DNA of 64,000 nt from Thermodesulfobacteriota bacterium (GTDB lineage Bacteria > Desulfobacterota_D > UBA1144 > Nemesobacterales > UBA2774). The stretch is taken from assembly GCA_965216785.1 (NCBI GenBank), contig OZ244197.1:1184001-1248000 (forward strand), written 5' to 3'. The notes under the pieces were generated by a model. The model ran no database searches, had not been told where the DNA came from, and was given only the letters and a program-made list of their open reading frames with translations. Numbering within the stretch: position 1 is the first letter of the stretch; each line of letters opens with the position of its first letter. This document shows positions 29,395 to 38,424 of the stretch, piece by piece. Made by a program: the position numbers and the translations under genes.

Positions 29395-29678
29395 TCGTAC
29401 TTACATAGCTTATCATGATCAATTGTAATTCTTACTTACGACAAATGTCACAATCACTACTGGAATGCAACTCCTAATAACGGTTTACACATGCAGGTAT
29501 GGAATTAAAACGGTTGCTATTACAATCACTCGTGTACTTCTTTCTTCTTACTAAGCAGGTCTTATGCGTTTTAATATCTTCCGAATTTCTGTAAAGAACG
29601 GATATAGAATTCCGTTATTGTGTCTACAATGTAAGTGTGATTGGCTCTAGGTTTAGTTGCCGAACATCTTACTTATTC

Positions 29679-29924
29679 TTACTCATCAAGCTTTTTATCA
29701 ATCTTAAATAAAAACCCTATAAGCCATAAAATCCCTAATATTGTCAGTAGTCCAGGAATACCTATAAATATTAACCACCCTATAGCAAAATCCCAATTTA
29801 CGTTCTTAAAAATATCAGAATTTCTCTCAAGGATATCCCATATATATAGAGCCAACCACACAAATACAAATAATGAGCCAATTATATAGCCAATTGTTTT
29901 CAAAAAGCTTTTTGTTTTCTTCAT
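29679..29924 (-). CDS. Small two-TM hypothetical membrane protein
   Basis: 81 aa, two hydrophobic segments, purine-rich RBS. Confidence 0.55.
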   Translation of the reverse strand: MKKTKSFLKTIGYIIGSLFVFVWLALYIWDILERNSDIFKNVNWDFAIGWLIFIGIPGLLTILGILWLIGFLFKIDKKLDE

Positions 29925-30097
29925 ATCGAAACCCTTCCCTTTTAGATATAAATAACTAGTACCAACTCTAGCGATTTAACATGTCAAATTAATTCACTGA
30001 AACAGCCTTTTTCATCTTCTATTCAAATTATCTATTTGCAAAGAATTAGTATTTTCACCTATTCAGGACAATTTTATAATGTATTCACTAGTCTATG

Positions 30098-30144
30098 GAT
30101 TTAGTCACAAAAAGTCAAGATCATATATTGCTTAGGACTAAATC
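30098..30144. promoter_or_regulatory. Inverted repeat upstream of XRE gene (putative operator)
   Basis: GATTTAGTC (30098-30106) and GACTAAATC (30136-30144) directly before ATG 30148. Confidence 0.45.
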
Positions 30145-30147
30145 AAA

Positions 30148-30399
30148 ATGGCTACTCGGATTAACAAAAAATTGGTCTCAGCATTTGCTCGGGCTTTGAA
30201 ATCAATTCGGAAGGAAAAAGAGCTAACACAAGAGCAAGTAGCTTATGCAGCAAAAGTACATCGTACTTACATAGCTTTTTTAGAAGGTGCGAGAAAACAA
30301 CCTAGCATAGATGCAGTATTTAAAATAGCAAAGGGACTTGATATTAGTCCTGGGGAATTAGTAGAAAGAGTAGATAGTTACTATTCAAAGAAGAGATAA
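30148..30399 (+). CDS. XRE-family HTH regulator (controller C-protein-like)
   Basis: IRKEKELTQEQVA...VHRTYIAFLE...PSI...IAKGLDIS. Confidence 0.88.
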   Translation: MATRINKKLVSAFARALKSIRKEKELTQEQVAYAAKVHRTYIAFLEGARKQPSIDAVFKIAKGLDISPGELVERVDSYYSKKR

Positions 30400-30770
30400 A
30401 TCAAACGTAACTATTCAACTGACATATTAGAAAAAAACATTAAAAGTGCACAATATAGTATACAAAGCACAGAATATTCTGGGCTAAATCTTAGCGTAAA
30501 CAGGCCTGTATTGTGACTTTATACAAAAGTAGGGGGTTTGTGCGTGTTTATAGTTAAAAACTGCTGTAAGTAGGTGATTTGAGGTTATGTAAGGTGAAGT
30601 TGAAAGAAATCAAGATATGGATGGTATTGAAATTGTAGTTTTTTATCTGATGGGGAGCAATATATTTAGATATATATCAGAAGTAGTGATAATATCTTAG
30701 AAGCAACATTTCTGTATATAATATAGACGCACGGTCATTCTAAATGAGAAAAAATTAAAGTAGTATGGAG

Positions 30771-30796
30771 ATGGTTGAACTTTACAGTTCAACCAT
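30771..30796. other. Perfect 11-bp inverted repeat in AT-rich intergenic region
   Basis: ATGGTTGAACT-TTAC-AGTTCAACCAT. Confidence 0.7.
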
Positions 30797-30964
30797 TTCA
30801 AAACTTATACAAAATCTTTTTTTTACTTATTGGACTATTCTTATATATATACTGACAATTTATAGTCGCAAGACTGAAATTATATAGATACAAGTTTGAA
30901 TAAATATACTAGCCACACTTAAATTTTATATGAGCCAATCTTAAAATTTATACTTTATTTGATC

Positions 30965-31777
30965 TCATATCCTTGGCTTTAGAAAGACTTTAAAAATACT
31001 CTTTTTTTCATCTATTCTCTCTATTAATCGGTGATTTTCTAATTGTTCTAATATGGGTTTCAGGTTAATCGGTTCTATGCCAATATTTCTGCATAGTTCA
31101 ACTAAAGTTTTATTGCACACATCCCATTTGCGATTTTTGTAATCATTAGAATGGATAAATTCATGTAACTCATATCCCTCATAAATGAAGTCCGGTTCAA
31201 TATCAAAATATAAATCAGATACAAAATATGCCTTCATTCTCATGGATATATACAATGCTTTAGCTCTGGGTTTGAGTTCTGCCCATACACCGCTTTCAAC
31301 AATGCATTTGTGAAAAATAAAATATGCTCCGCGTTTCATATTATTTTTTCGAATAAAGCTGACTTTATAACTATTAAAACTACGTTGTCCATCAGTATTT
31401 TTTTTCTTTTCCAAAAAGCGTTCTTTGCCTAAATATAGTTTTTCCAGATCCTTAATACCTTGAGAAACTGTGTTGGCAGATAAACCAGCCATTTTTGCTA
31501 TATTTTTCTGCGATATTTGAAACCAATTACTATCTTCATAATCTGATTGTAGACATAATACGGGGTATATTGCTAGGGAAGGTAAAGACATAAGGGATGA
31601 TTCATCAAACTTAGGGAAGCAAAAGAATCGATTCATATTGATATCATCGACTTCAGGAAATTCATATTCCTTTAACTTGTTGTATTTTTGGTTGAAAAGA
31701 TTTTTCTGATATTCTCGTTTCTCACGTAGTTGTTTTTGAATATCAGCTCCTATCTGTTCTTTAAAATTATATTTCAT
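30965..31777 (-). CDS. Rep-like tandem winged-helix DNA-binding protein
   Basis: Two similar units (SLPSLAIYPVL...SQKNIAKMAGLSANTVSQGIKDL; LKPRAKALYISM...LCRNIGI...LEQLENHRLI), as in phage/plasmid replication initiators. Function inferred. Confidence 0.5.
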   Translation of the reverse strand: MKYNFKEQIGADIQKQLREKREYQKNLFNQKYNKLKEYEFPEVDDINMNRFFCFPKFDESSLMSLPSLAIYPVLCLQSDYEDSNWFQISQKNIAKMAGLSANTVSQGIKDLEKLYLGKERFLEKKKNTDGQRSFNSYKVSFIRKNNMKRGAYFIFHKCIVESGVWAELKPRAKALYISMRMKAYFVSDLYFDIEPDFIYEGYELHEFIHSNDYKNRKWDVCNKTLVELCRNIGIEPINLKPILEQLENHRLIERIDEKKSIFKVFLKPRI

Positions 31778-31780
31778 ATG

Positions 31781-31878
31781 CCTGTCCTCTATTTTACTTC
31801 CTGTCCAATTTTGATATCACTGGGGACATGCGGGACAGGTCGCCTCAGCAGCTTGTACAGAGCTACGTAGTCCCCAGT
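31781..31878 (-). promoter_or_regulatory. Structured GC-rich leader of Rep-like gene
   Basis: Stem ACTGGGGAC/GTCCCCAGT (31819-31827/31870-31878) enclosing a 7-mer complementary to two downstream copies, one at the RBS. Confidence 0.5.
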
Positions 31879-32127
31879 ATTTTATAAACTAGATATCTTC
31901 ATCTAATACATTTTTATTCGACTATACTTTCTTGTTTCCTCTAAATTCAATTGCTGTATATATAACTTTTCAATTGTGTAGAAATCAAAAATTTGTGCAG
32001 AACTCTCCTTATACATTTGGGAAAACGAAATTTAAAACTTTTACGGAGGTATTTATCATTTGTTTCTAATCATTTTTCCGATATCAGTACTTCTAACTTT
32101 CAAAAATGAAACAGTTTCATTTATGAA

Positions 32128-32934
32128 TCATTTACACTTTTCATCTAGCTCTTCTATCATCGTATCTATTTCATCTATAGATTTTTCAACTTGTTCTATA
32201 ATCTTATTTTGTACCTGTTCTCTGATTTGTTCTTCTTCATCTGTTTGTATCTCTATTAGTAGATTCATTGAATCTTTTGTTGATATTTTCTTTATTCCTT
32301 CTAATCTTTTGGATATCAACTGATTCAAGGCCTTGAGTTCACTTTTGTATACTTCTAAAATTGAAATATCTCTCTGTCTTATCAATAAATCTTGCACCTC
32401 CTTGTCTGTGATTTTAAGTTCTCCCTTTTTAAATTTTAAAGCTAGTTGGACTAAGTCTTTCTTTTTGATATCAACAGGACCCTTAACACCTTCAAACAAG
32501 GCTTCACGTAATCCACAAGGGAAATCTGGTTTTGCAATAAAATATAAACATGAGGGTTTAAAATACTCAACAATCTCAGGATTCCCCATACAGACTGTAT
32601 ATACTTTCATATAGTTAAGAGCTGTCTTATAACTAAACTCAAAGTTATCGTTAATCCATGGTTTGAATTTCCCATGAGGCAAAATCTTTTTAACCTCAAA
32701 TAGGAGTTTCCCAATTTCAAATATTTGGAGTTTGAGTCCACTACATCTAGCTTCTAGTTCTTCTTTTATAGAAGCTAAATACTCCTGTGTTTCATCAATA
32801 GTTGAAAGATCTTTGTATGACTTTTCTATTCCATGTCCATGATCGATTGCCTCATTTAATTTTTTAAGTCTAAGCTCATTAGTTCCACGGCCTTGTGCTC
32901 TTGTAATATCTAAAGTTTCTAATGTACTCATCAT
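32128..32934 (-). CDS. DUF3102 domain-containing protein
   Basis: FEIGKLLFEVKKILPHGKFKPWINDNFEFSYKTALNYMKVY signature; coiled-coil C-terminus; typical of phages and mobile elements. Confidence 0.8.
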   Translation of the reverse strand: MMSTLETLDITRAQGRGTNELRLKKLNEAIDHGHGIEKSYKDLSTIDETQEYLASIKEELEARCSGLKLQIFEIGKLLFEVKKILPHGKFKPWINDNFEFSYKTALNYMKVYTVCMGNPEIVEYFKPSCLYFIAKPDFPCGLREALFEGVKGPVDIKKKDLVQLALKFKKGELKITDKEVQDLLIRQRDISILEVYKSELKALNQLISKRLEGIKKISTKDSMNLLIEIQTDEEEQIREQVQNKIIEQVEKSIDEIDTMIEELDEKCK

Positions 32935-33185
32935 GCAAGCCCCCTTATATTTAGTATTTCAATTTCACGTTTCAGTTCTTTTTTTCTCCTTCCAGATACC
33001 CCAATTATTTTTCTTCTTGAAATCTCCTTATTAGCAAATTTCTTCACTTCCTCTTCTGAATCAGCCAGGTAATATAGTTTTTCATCGTACCAATCACCCT
33101 GTTGTCCTTTTATTCTTTTTCCTCCAAATTTACTTTTTACAACTCTGTTCTGAATGCAAACTTCAAATAATCGCATATAATACAC
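32931..33185 (-). CDS. Hypothetical basic protein
   Basis: 84 aa, AGGAGG upstream on the minus strand, 4-bp overlap with the DUF3102 gene. Confidence 0.6.
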   Translation of the reverse strand: MYYMRLFEVCIQNRVVKSKFGGKRIKGQQGDWYDEKLYYLADSEEEVKKFANKEISRRKIIGVSGRRKKELKREIEILNIRGLA

Positions 33186-33251
33186 CTCCTTGATATCTTA
33201 TTATATATTGATATCAATGAGTTACACTATTTATTATACTTTTGTATACGA

Positions 33252-33330
33252 CGGGCCGATCTATAGCAAAGCTATTTCTCATTCATTGGGCGAGGTCGTT
33301 ATGCGAGACGGGCGTTTTTGTTACTGTGAC
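33252..33330 (+). repeat. 79-bp direct repeat copy 1
   Basis: Gapless alignment with 35369-35447, 65/79 identical. Confidence 0.85.
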
Positions 33331-33579
33331 GTGCTGTCCGGGTAGGGGCAGACCTCACATGTTTTTATTAGCTTTGTCCTTTTATTAAGATCTAAAATCT
33401 TTTCTCTATATCAATTCATCTTCACTAACTAGTTTTTCATACGAACATATGTTTTTTTGTGCAAAATAACACAATCATTGCGTATAGTTACACATTTTTA
33501 TTAAAAAATAAAATAGTGCTTTGATCTATAATTTATCTGAGTTAAGCTCGTTAAAAATTCTATAGGAGTGTGCAAAATT

Positions 33580-35211
33580 ATGAGGTTATTAAACTTTACA
33601 TATTTACTCGTGTGTATTGTTGCGTTGGGCATTGTATCCGATCAGTCCTACGGGCATGGGTCTATGGAGACACCGATTAGCAGGATTTACAACTGTTTCT
33701 TAGAGAACCCGGAGAATCCAAAGTCGGACGCGTGTAGGGCGGCAGTTCAGGAAGGTGGAACACAGGGGCTTTATGACTGGAACGGGGTCAATCAGGCCAA
33801 CGCCAATGATATGCACAGAGACATTATTCCCGATGGGCAGCTTTGCGGAGGGGGTAAAGAGCTATTTAAGGGTATGGACCTGGCAAGAAATGATTGGCCC
33901 GCCACCATGATCGCACCTGATGAAAGCGGAAGGTTTGAGTTTGTATTTCATGCTACTGCCCCTCACAGCACAGACTATTTTAGGTTCTATGTTACAAAGG
34001 ACGACTACGATCCGCTAAGTCCTCTTAAGTGGTCTGATCTTGAAGACACTCCATTTTGTACGATAGAAGAGGTGACGCTTGAGAACGGCCGCTACAAGAT
34101 GGACTGCCCTTTGCCGCCGGATAAAACCGGTAGGCATGTGATATATAACATTTGGCAAAGAGACGACAGCACAGAGGCTTTCTACACCTGTATCGATGTA
34201 GAGTTTACGGGAGGCACTCCCATAGTGTGGAAGTCCCTTGGGCAGGTGCGCGCTCAGCAGGATCTTAAGGTGGGAGATAGCGTAACATTTAGACTCTTTG
34301 ATTCGGCAACGGGGGGCGATCTTGAAACTCACACATTAGTGCTTCAAAACGGTCAGAACGCGGCAGACCAATGGCCGTTTTTCTTGGCGGAGCATGTAAA
34401 TGTAGAGTCGGCTTTCGTTAAGATCGGCGTTCTAGATTCAGACGGGAATATAAATCCGGTATTTAGCTCACAAGACAATAATGTTTATATACCCTCGGAT
34501 GAAGAGCTTTCTTTTCAAATTGATATAGATACCTCTGGCAACCCTCCGAGCGAAGACCTCACGACCGATATTGACGTCACCTCCGATTGGGGTGCGGGCT
34601 ATTGTGCTGAGGTTAGTGTTAGCAACGGCGGAGACACTCAGTCTGACTGGACTGTCACTATTACTGTTGAAGGGAGTATAAGAGAAATATGGAACGCTAC
34701 ATATACTCAAGACGGCAACCAAGTGACTGCGGACGGCGTGGAATGGAATAATGTAGTCGATCCCGGACAGTCAACAGGGTTTGGATTCTGTGCCGACAGG
34801 AACTCTACACCACCCCAGCCTACACCGGAGCCAACTCCGGCGCCGTCATTTGCGTGCTCTGACGGCATCGATAATGACAGTGACGGACTGGTCGATTTTC
34901 CGGATGACCCGGGGTGCGATAGCGCTAGTGACAACGATGAGTTCAATGAAACGAGCGGCGGAGAAGTAACCGCCGATGTATTTATCAATGACGATTGGGG
35001 CAGAGGCTATTGCGCTCAGGTAACGGTTACGAACAATTCTTCGTCCCCTTCGGACTGGGTTGTATCCTTCCCGATTGAGGGAAATATTAGAAACCTATGG
35101 AGCGCCGTATATGAGCAGAACGGAAATACTGTGACTGCGGAAGGTGTCTCTTGGAATAATATTCTAAACCCCGGACAGTCGACAGGGTTTGGGTTCTGCG
35201 CTATTAGATAA
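33580..35211 (+). CDS. Secreted lytic polysaccharide monooxygenase AA10 + GbpA_2-like domain + two CBM2
   Basis: Signal peptide then His1 (HGSMETPISR), ATAPH second His, WQRDDSTEAFYTCIDV; WKSLGQV...VTFRLFD; two DWG.GYCA...W...WN...FGFCA modules with a Pro/Thr linker. Confidence 0.9.
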   Translation: MRLLNFTYLLVCIVALGIVSDQSYGHGSMETPISRIYNCFLENPENPKSDACRAAVQEGGTQGLYDWNGVNQANANDMHRDIIPDGQLCGGGKELFKGMDLARNDWPATMIAPDESGRFEFVFHATAPHSTDYFRFYVTKDDYDPLSPLKWSDLEDTPFCTIEEVTLENGRYKMDCPLPPDKTGRHVIYNIWQRDDSTEAFYTCIDVEFTGGTPIVWKSLGQVRAQQDLKVGDSVTFRLFDSATGGDLETHTLVLQNGQNAADQWPFFLAEHVNVESAFVKIGVLDSDGNINPVFSSQDNNVYIPSDEELSFQIDIDTSGNPPSEDLTTDIDVTSDWGAGYCAEVSVSNGGDTQSDWTVTITVEGSIREIWNATYTQDGNQVTADGVEWNNVVDPGQSTGFGFCADRNSTPPQPTPEPTPAPSFACSDGIDNDSDGLVDFPDDPGCDSASDNDEFNETSGGEVTADVFINDDWGRGYCAQVTVTNNSSSPSDWVVSFPIEGNIRNLWSAVYEQNGNTVTAEGVSWNNILNPGQSTGFGFCAIR

Positions 35212-35226
35212 TCCGTTTAGATGCTT

Positions 35227-35267
35227 AAGGGAGGAGAGTGCGCCCGCACTCGCCTCTCTTATTTTTT
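35227..35267 (+). terminator. Rho-independent terminator after LPMO gene
   Basis: GAGG-A-GAGTGCG-CC-CGCACTC-G-CCTC hairpin followed by TCTTATTTTTT. Confidence 0.75.
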
Positions 35268-35368
35268 CGACGATATATATGATAGAAAGGTTTAGGAGTT
35301 GGAACTGAAACTAAATCATATAAGCTTATATTAGAACAAGATGGATGGTCTCTAAGCTTAGTGAATGG

Positions 35369-35447
35369 CGGGCCGATTTACAGAAGCGCAGTTTCTCATT
35401 GCTTGGGCGAGGTCGTTATGTGCAGTGGGCGTTTTTGTTACTGTGAC
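35369..35447 (+). repeat. 79-bp direct repeat copy 2
   Basis: Shares TTGGGCGAGGTCGTTATG and GGGCGTTTTTGTTACTGTGAC exactly with copy 1. Confidence 0.85.
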
Positions 35448-35549
35448 ATTTTATCCTGATCTTAATTTGACGTTCTGTAAACGTATTTCTTATTTATTTG
35501 ACATATCAAGTTCCTTTTGTAATCTGAGCAACTTATTTATAATAGTCCT

Positions 35550-36200
35550 ATGGCTATTCCTTCATCAGATTTACCAGGACATAAAAAAGTTCATGATCTA
35601 ACCATTACAGCACTAGATACTTGCCAAGAAACTCGATCAGTTGATTTTAAAGAGTCCTCTGCCTGGGAAAATATAAAAATAAAAATTATAAAAACTGCTA
35701 TGGCTATGGGTAACCTTCGAGATGGTGGTCTAATAATTATTGGAGTATCTGAGAGGGATGATACCTGGGATTTGACTGGAATCAGTGAATCAGATCTATC
35801 TACATATGATTTAGATAGCATACTAGATACCATGAATCGCTACACTTCTCCTCCTTTAAATGTTGATATTGTTACAGTAAAACACAGTGATGATAAAGTA
35901 TATTTAGTTATCTACATATACGAGTTTGATGATAAGCCCTTTGTTTGCAAAAGAAACGGTCCAAACAACGAGATAAAAGAAGGAGATATATATATAAGGC
36001 CTTTAGGAGGAAGACCTAGAACAACAAAAATTCAATCAGCTGATGATTTACATGATTTATTAGAACTTGCCGCTGATAAAAAATCGAAATTATTTATTGA
36101 AAGAGCTAAACGTTTAGGTCTTATAACTGAAGTAACTGGTACTGATCACACTGATGAAACAAGTACGAAAAAATATGACGAAGAGTTAGAGGGATTATGA
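35550..36200 (+). CDS. AlbA_2 (Schlafen-like) domain protein
   Basis: ETRSVDFKES, AMAMGNLRDGGLIIIGVSE, PFVCK...IYIR motifs. Confidence 0.8.
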   Translation: MAIPSSDLPGHKKVHDLTITALDTCQETRSVDFKESSAWENIKIKIIKTAMAMGNLRDGGLIIIGVSERDDTWDLTGISESDLSTYDLDSILDTMNRYTSPPLNVDIVTVKHSDDKVYLVIYIYEFDDKPFVCKRNGPNNEIKEGDIYIRPLGGRPRTTKIQSADDLHDLLELAADKKSKLFIERAKRLGLITEVTGTDHTDETSTKKYDEELEGL

Positions 36201-36931
36201 GTAATGATATAAAAATACCGGTACCAGTTCTTGAAAAACCTCACTGGAGAGTTAATTTCCGTTCCATACCCTATAAGGGGAAAGCAGCAATATCGCTTAA
36301 GGAATGCAACGAAATAATACAAAAAAATAAAGTTAGTCTAAGAGGGTGGGATTATCCACATATCGACCCAAAAAATAAAGCACATGGAAACAATTGGGTA
36401 GCCTCATGGACTATCTTTAATGGGCATGTTGAATATTGGAGATTTTATCAAAGCACCCAATTCATACATTTATTTAGTGTACTAGAAACTACAAGACCTG
36501 AATGGAAGGCAAAAATAGATGAAGCTATGGAATGGCATTTAGGATATAGAAAGGACATAGATTGGAATTCAGTCCCAGGTTATTTTTCAATAATCAATTT
36601 TCTTTACACGGTTACTGAAATTTATGAATTTGCAACAAGATTATGCCAATCAGAAATCTATAAGGACAAACTCAATATAGATATCCAACTAAATAATATT
36701 CATGGATTTATGTTAGCTGCAGATAAAAACCGTAGATGGGATCAAGACTATCATTCCGATGAGGATACCTTGCTTTTTAACAAAGAATATATTGCTGATG
36801 ATATGATAGTATTTAGTCATAAATACGCCCTTGATACTGTTATACATTTTTTTGAGAGATTTGGATGGCTATCACCAACAGAATCTTTATTAAAAGAAGA
36901 ACAGGACAAATTTCTACGTGGAAAGTTCTAA
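36197..36931 (+). CDS. Hypothetical protein translationally coupled to AlbA_2 gene
   Basis: ATGA overlap; 244 aa with LRGWDYPH and EYWRFYQSTQF; AT-rich. Confidence 0.75.
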   Translation: MSNDIKIPVPVLEKPHWRVNFRSIPYKGKAAISLKECNEIIQKNKVSLRGWDYPHIDPKNKAHGNNWVASWTIFNGHVEYWRFYQSTQFIHLFSVLETTRPEWKAKIDEAMEWHLGYRKDIDWNSVPGYFSIINFLYTVTEIYEFATRLCQSEIYKDKLNIDIQLNNIHGFMLAADKNRRWDQDYHSDEDTLLFNKEYIADDMIVFSHKYALDTVIHFFERFGWLSPTESLLKEEQDKFLRGKF

Positions 36932-37011
36932 AACAGAAGTTTTTATTTCAACGGTGAGACCGTAATCATGGACGGGTGCTATAGCTTCTGCGAAATCCTG
37001 TCCTAGTGATT

Positions 37012-37236
37012 TCAAACCTCTATAATAATTTTGTTGGAATGACTTTTAAGCACCTTAAGAGATTTTGTATCAAGCATAGTGTCCGGTACGTTTCTGAGTA
37101 TCAGGTTCGAGTTAAACATCCTAGCAGCCTCTATAATCTCCTCTATTTCGCCCTCGCACGAGGCTGCGTCCAGCGATACACCGAACCCTAGCTGAAGAAG
37201 CTCGATCGCTTTCTCTGTGTTTTTAATGTCTGCCAT
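37012..37236 (-). CDS. Hypothetical protein
   Basis: 74 aa, GAGGAG RBS on the minus strand. Confidence 0.6.
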   Translation of the reverse strand: MADIKNTEKAIELLQLGFGVSLDAASCEGEIEEIIEAARMFNSNLILRNVPDTMLDTKSLKVLKSHSNKIIIEV

Positions 37237-37306
37237 TACCGCATCTCCTCATCTAATTTGTAATTTGCTATTGATAATCGGATTCTAACCTAATACCGCC
37301 GCCAAG

Positions 37307-37597
37307 TTATGCCGCGGACGGCCATACAATTCTGATGACTATCTTGTTACTCCACGGGTGCTCGTCGAGTTTTATGTCGCATCCCCTTTCGCTCCAGAAC
37401 CTCATAATCTCCTCTATGTGTCTGACTGCGCTCTCGTGGCCGACTTCAAGAGGCTTTTCTTCCCCGGGTATTTCTATCTTATACATCTTGTACCCGTACT
37501 TGCTCACGCTCGGAGTGATCGTACAGACGATGTCGTTCATGACCCTCTTGCCTTTGATATAGATATGTGACGTATCTTCCAATTTACTTTCCCGCAT
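37307..37597 (-). CDS. Hypothetical protein
   Basis: 96 aa with GAGGAG upstream; exact start uncertain. Confidence 0.55.
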   Translation of the reverse strand: MRESKLEDTSHIYIKGKRVMNDIVCTITPSVSKYGYKMYKIEIPGEEKPLEVGHESAVRHIEEIMRFWSERGCDIKLDEHPWSNKIVIRIVWPSAA

Positions 37598-37685
37598 CTC
37601 CTCATATTTTAATGATATACTGATGGGAACTTTCTGAATAGCTTACGATCCGGAAGGTAAATCATAATACTTGAAAGGTGAGTAC

Positions 37686-38351
37686 ATGAAAAGGGTGCCG
37701 GAGCCTGAACTAATGACTGAACAGGAGCAAGTAGAAGCTTACGGGGGAGCCGACTTTGAAGAGCCGCACTCTAATTTTATGGCTCTCCTTGGGTCCACAT
37801 TCCCGGATATTCCTTCCGTAAGCACCGTTCTTGACCTGGGCTCGGGGGCGGGGGATATTGTTCTCAGGTTCGCAAAGGAGTACCCCGGCGCGCGTATAGA
37901 CGCGGTAGACGGCTCACCGGCGATGCTGGAGTTTGCCGCGAGTCTTCTAAGCCCCTACCCGGACATAGAGGGGCGGGTGAGCTTCATTAACTCTTTTATT
38001 CAGGATTTTATCCCGGAGAAAATATATGACCTCATTATGAGTAACAGCCTCCTTCATCACCTCCACGACCCCTCTAATTTTTGGAATAAGTTAGGGGAGG
38101 CTTCAGGGCCGGGGACGAGGATATTCGTCATGGACCTGTTAAGGCCCGCCTCTGTTGAAGAGGCCGGGGCTCTTCTTGAAAAGTACACTCAGGGCGAGCC
38201 CGAGGTACTTAAAAGGGATTTCTATAACTCTCTTCTGGCCGCGTTTGAGATTGACGAAGTTAAGGCACAGATTGGTAATGCCGGTCTCGGGAACCTTGAA
38301 ACGAAAAAAGTGAGCGACAGGCATTTAATAGTTTTCGGTAGTGTTGAATGA
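37686..38351 (+). CDS. Class I SAM-dependent methyltransferase
   Basis: RVPEPELM, VLDLGSGAG, AVDGSPAM, SNSLLHH, MDLLRP. Confidence 0.88.
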   Translation: MKRVPEPELMTEQEQVEAYGGADFEEPHSNFMALLGSTFPDIPSVSTVLDLGSGAGDIVLRFAKEYPGARIDAVDGSPAMLEFAASLLSPYPDIEGRVSFINSFIQDFIPEKIYDLIMSNSLLHHLHDPSNFWNKLGEASGPGTRIFVMDLLRPASVEEAGALLEKYTQGEPEVLKRDFYNSLLAAFEIDEVKAQIGNAGLGNLETKKVSDRHLIVFGSVE

Positions 38352-38424
38352 CTATAAGGAAAATTTGAGAAAGCGTTTAGAATATAAAAAAGAGTAAACA
38401 ATCGAATCATACGGAGGCTCCAGA

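Larger units (their letters stand above)
1..33250. mobile_element. Heavy-metal resistance genomic island (left end outside window)
   Basis: AT-richer than the right half; dense cop/mer/czc cargo; orphan IS ends; XRE/Rep-like/DUF3102 backbone at the right end. No integrase seen, boundary approximate. Confidence 0.65.

Noticed and set aside
9841-29411. 41-bp repeats as a CRISPR array
   Set aside because: Only two copies 19.5 kb apart, no regular spacing, no cas genes.
29641-29889. 82-aa plus-strand ORF
   Set aside because: Antisense shadow of the better 81-aa membrane ORF.
33252-35447. 79-bp repeats as canonical attC sites, tRNA or RNase P fragments
   Set aside because: No clear RYYYAAC inverse core or L boxes, conservation extends past the GTT, no integron integrase, and no cloverleaf or RNase P signature.
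35365-35601. 78-aa ORF starting in repeat copy 2
   Set aside because: Runs through the repeat, overlaps the AlbA_2 gene, and differences between copies are not codon-like.
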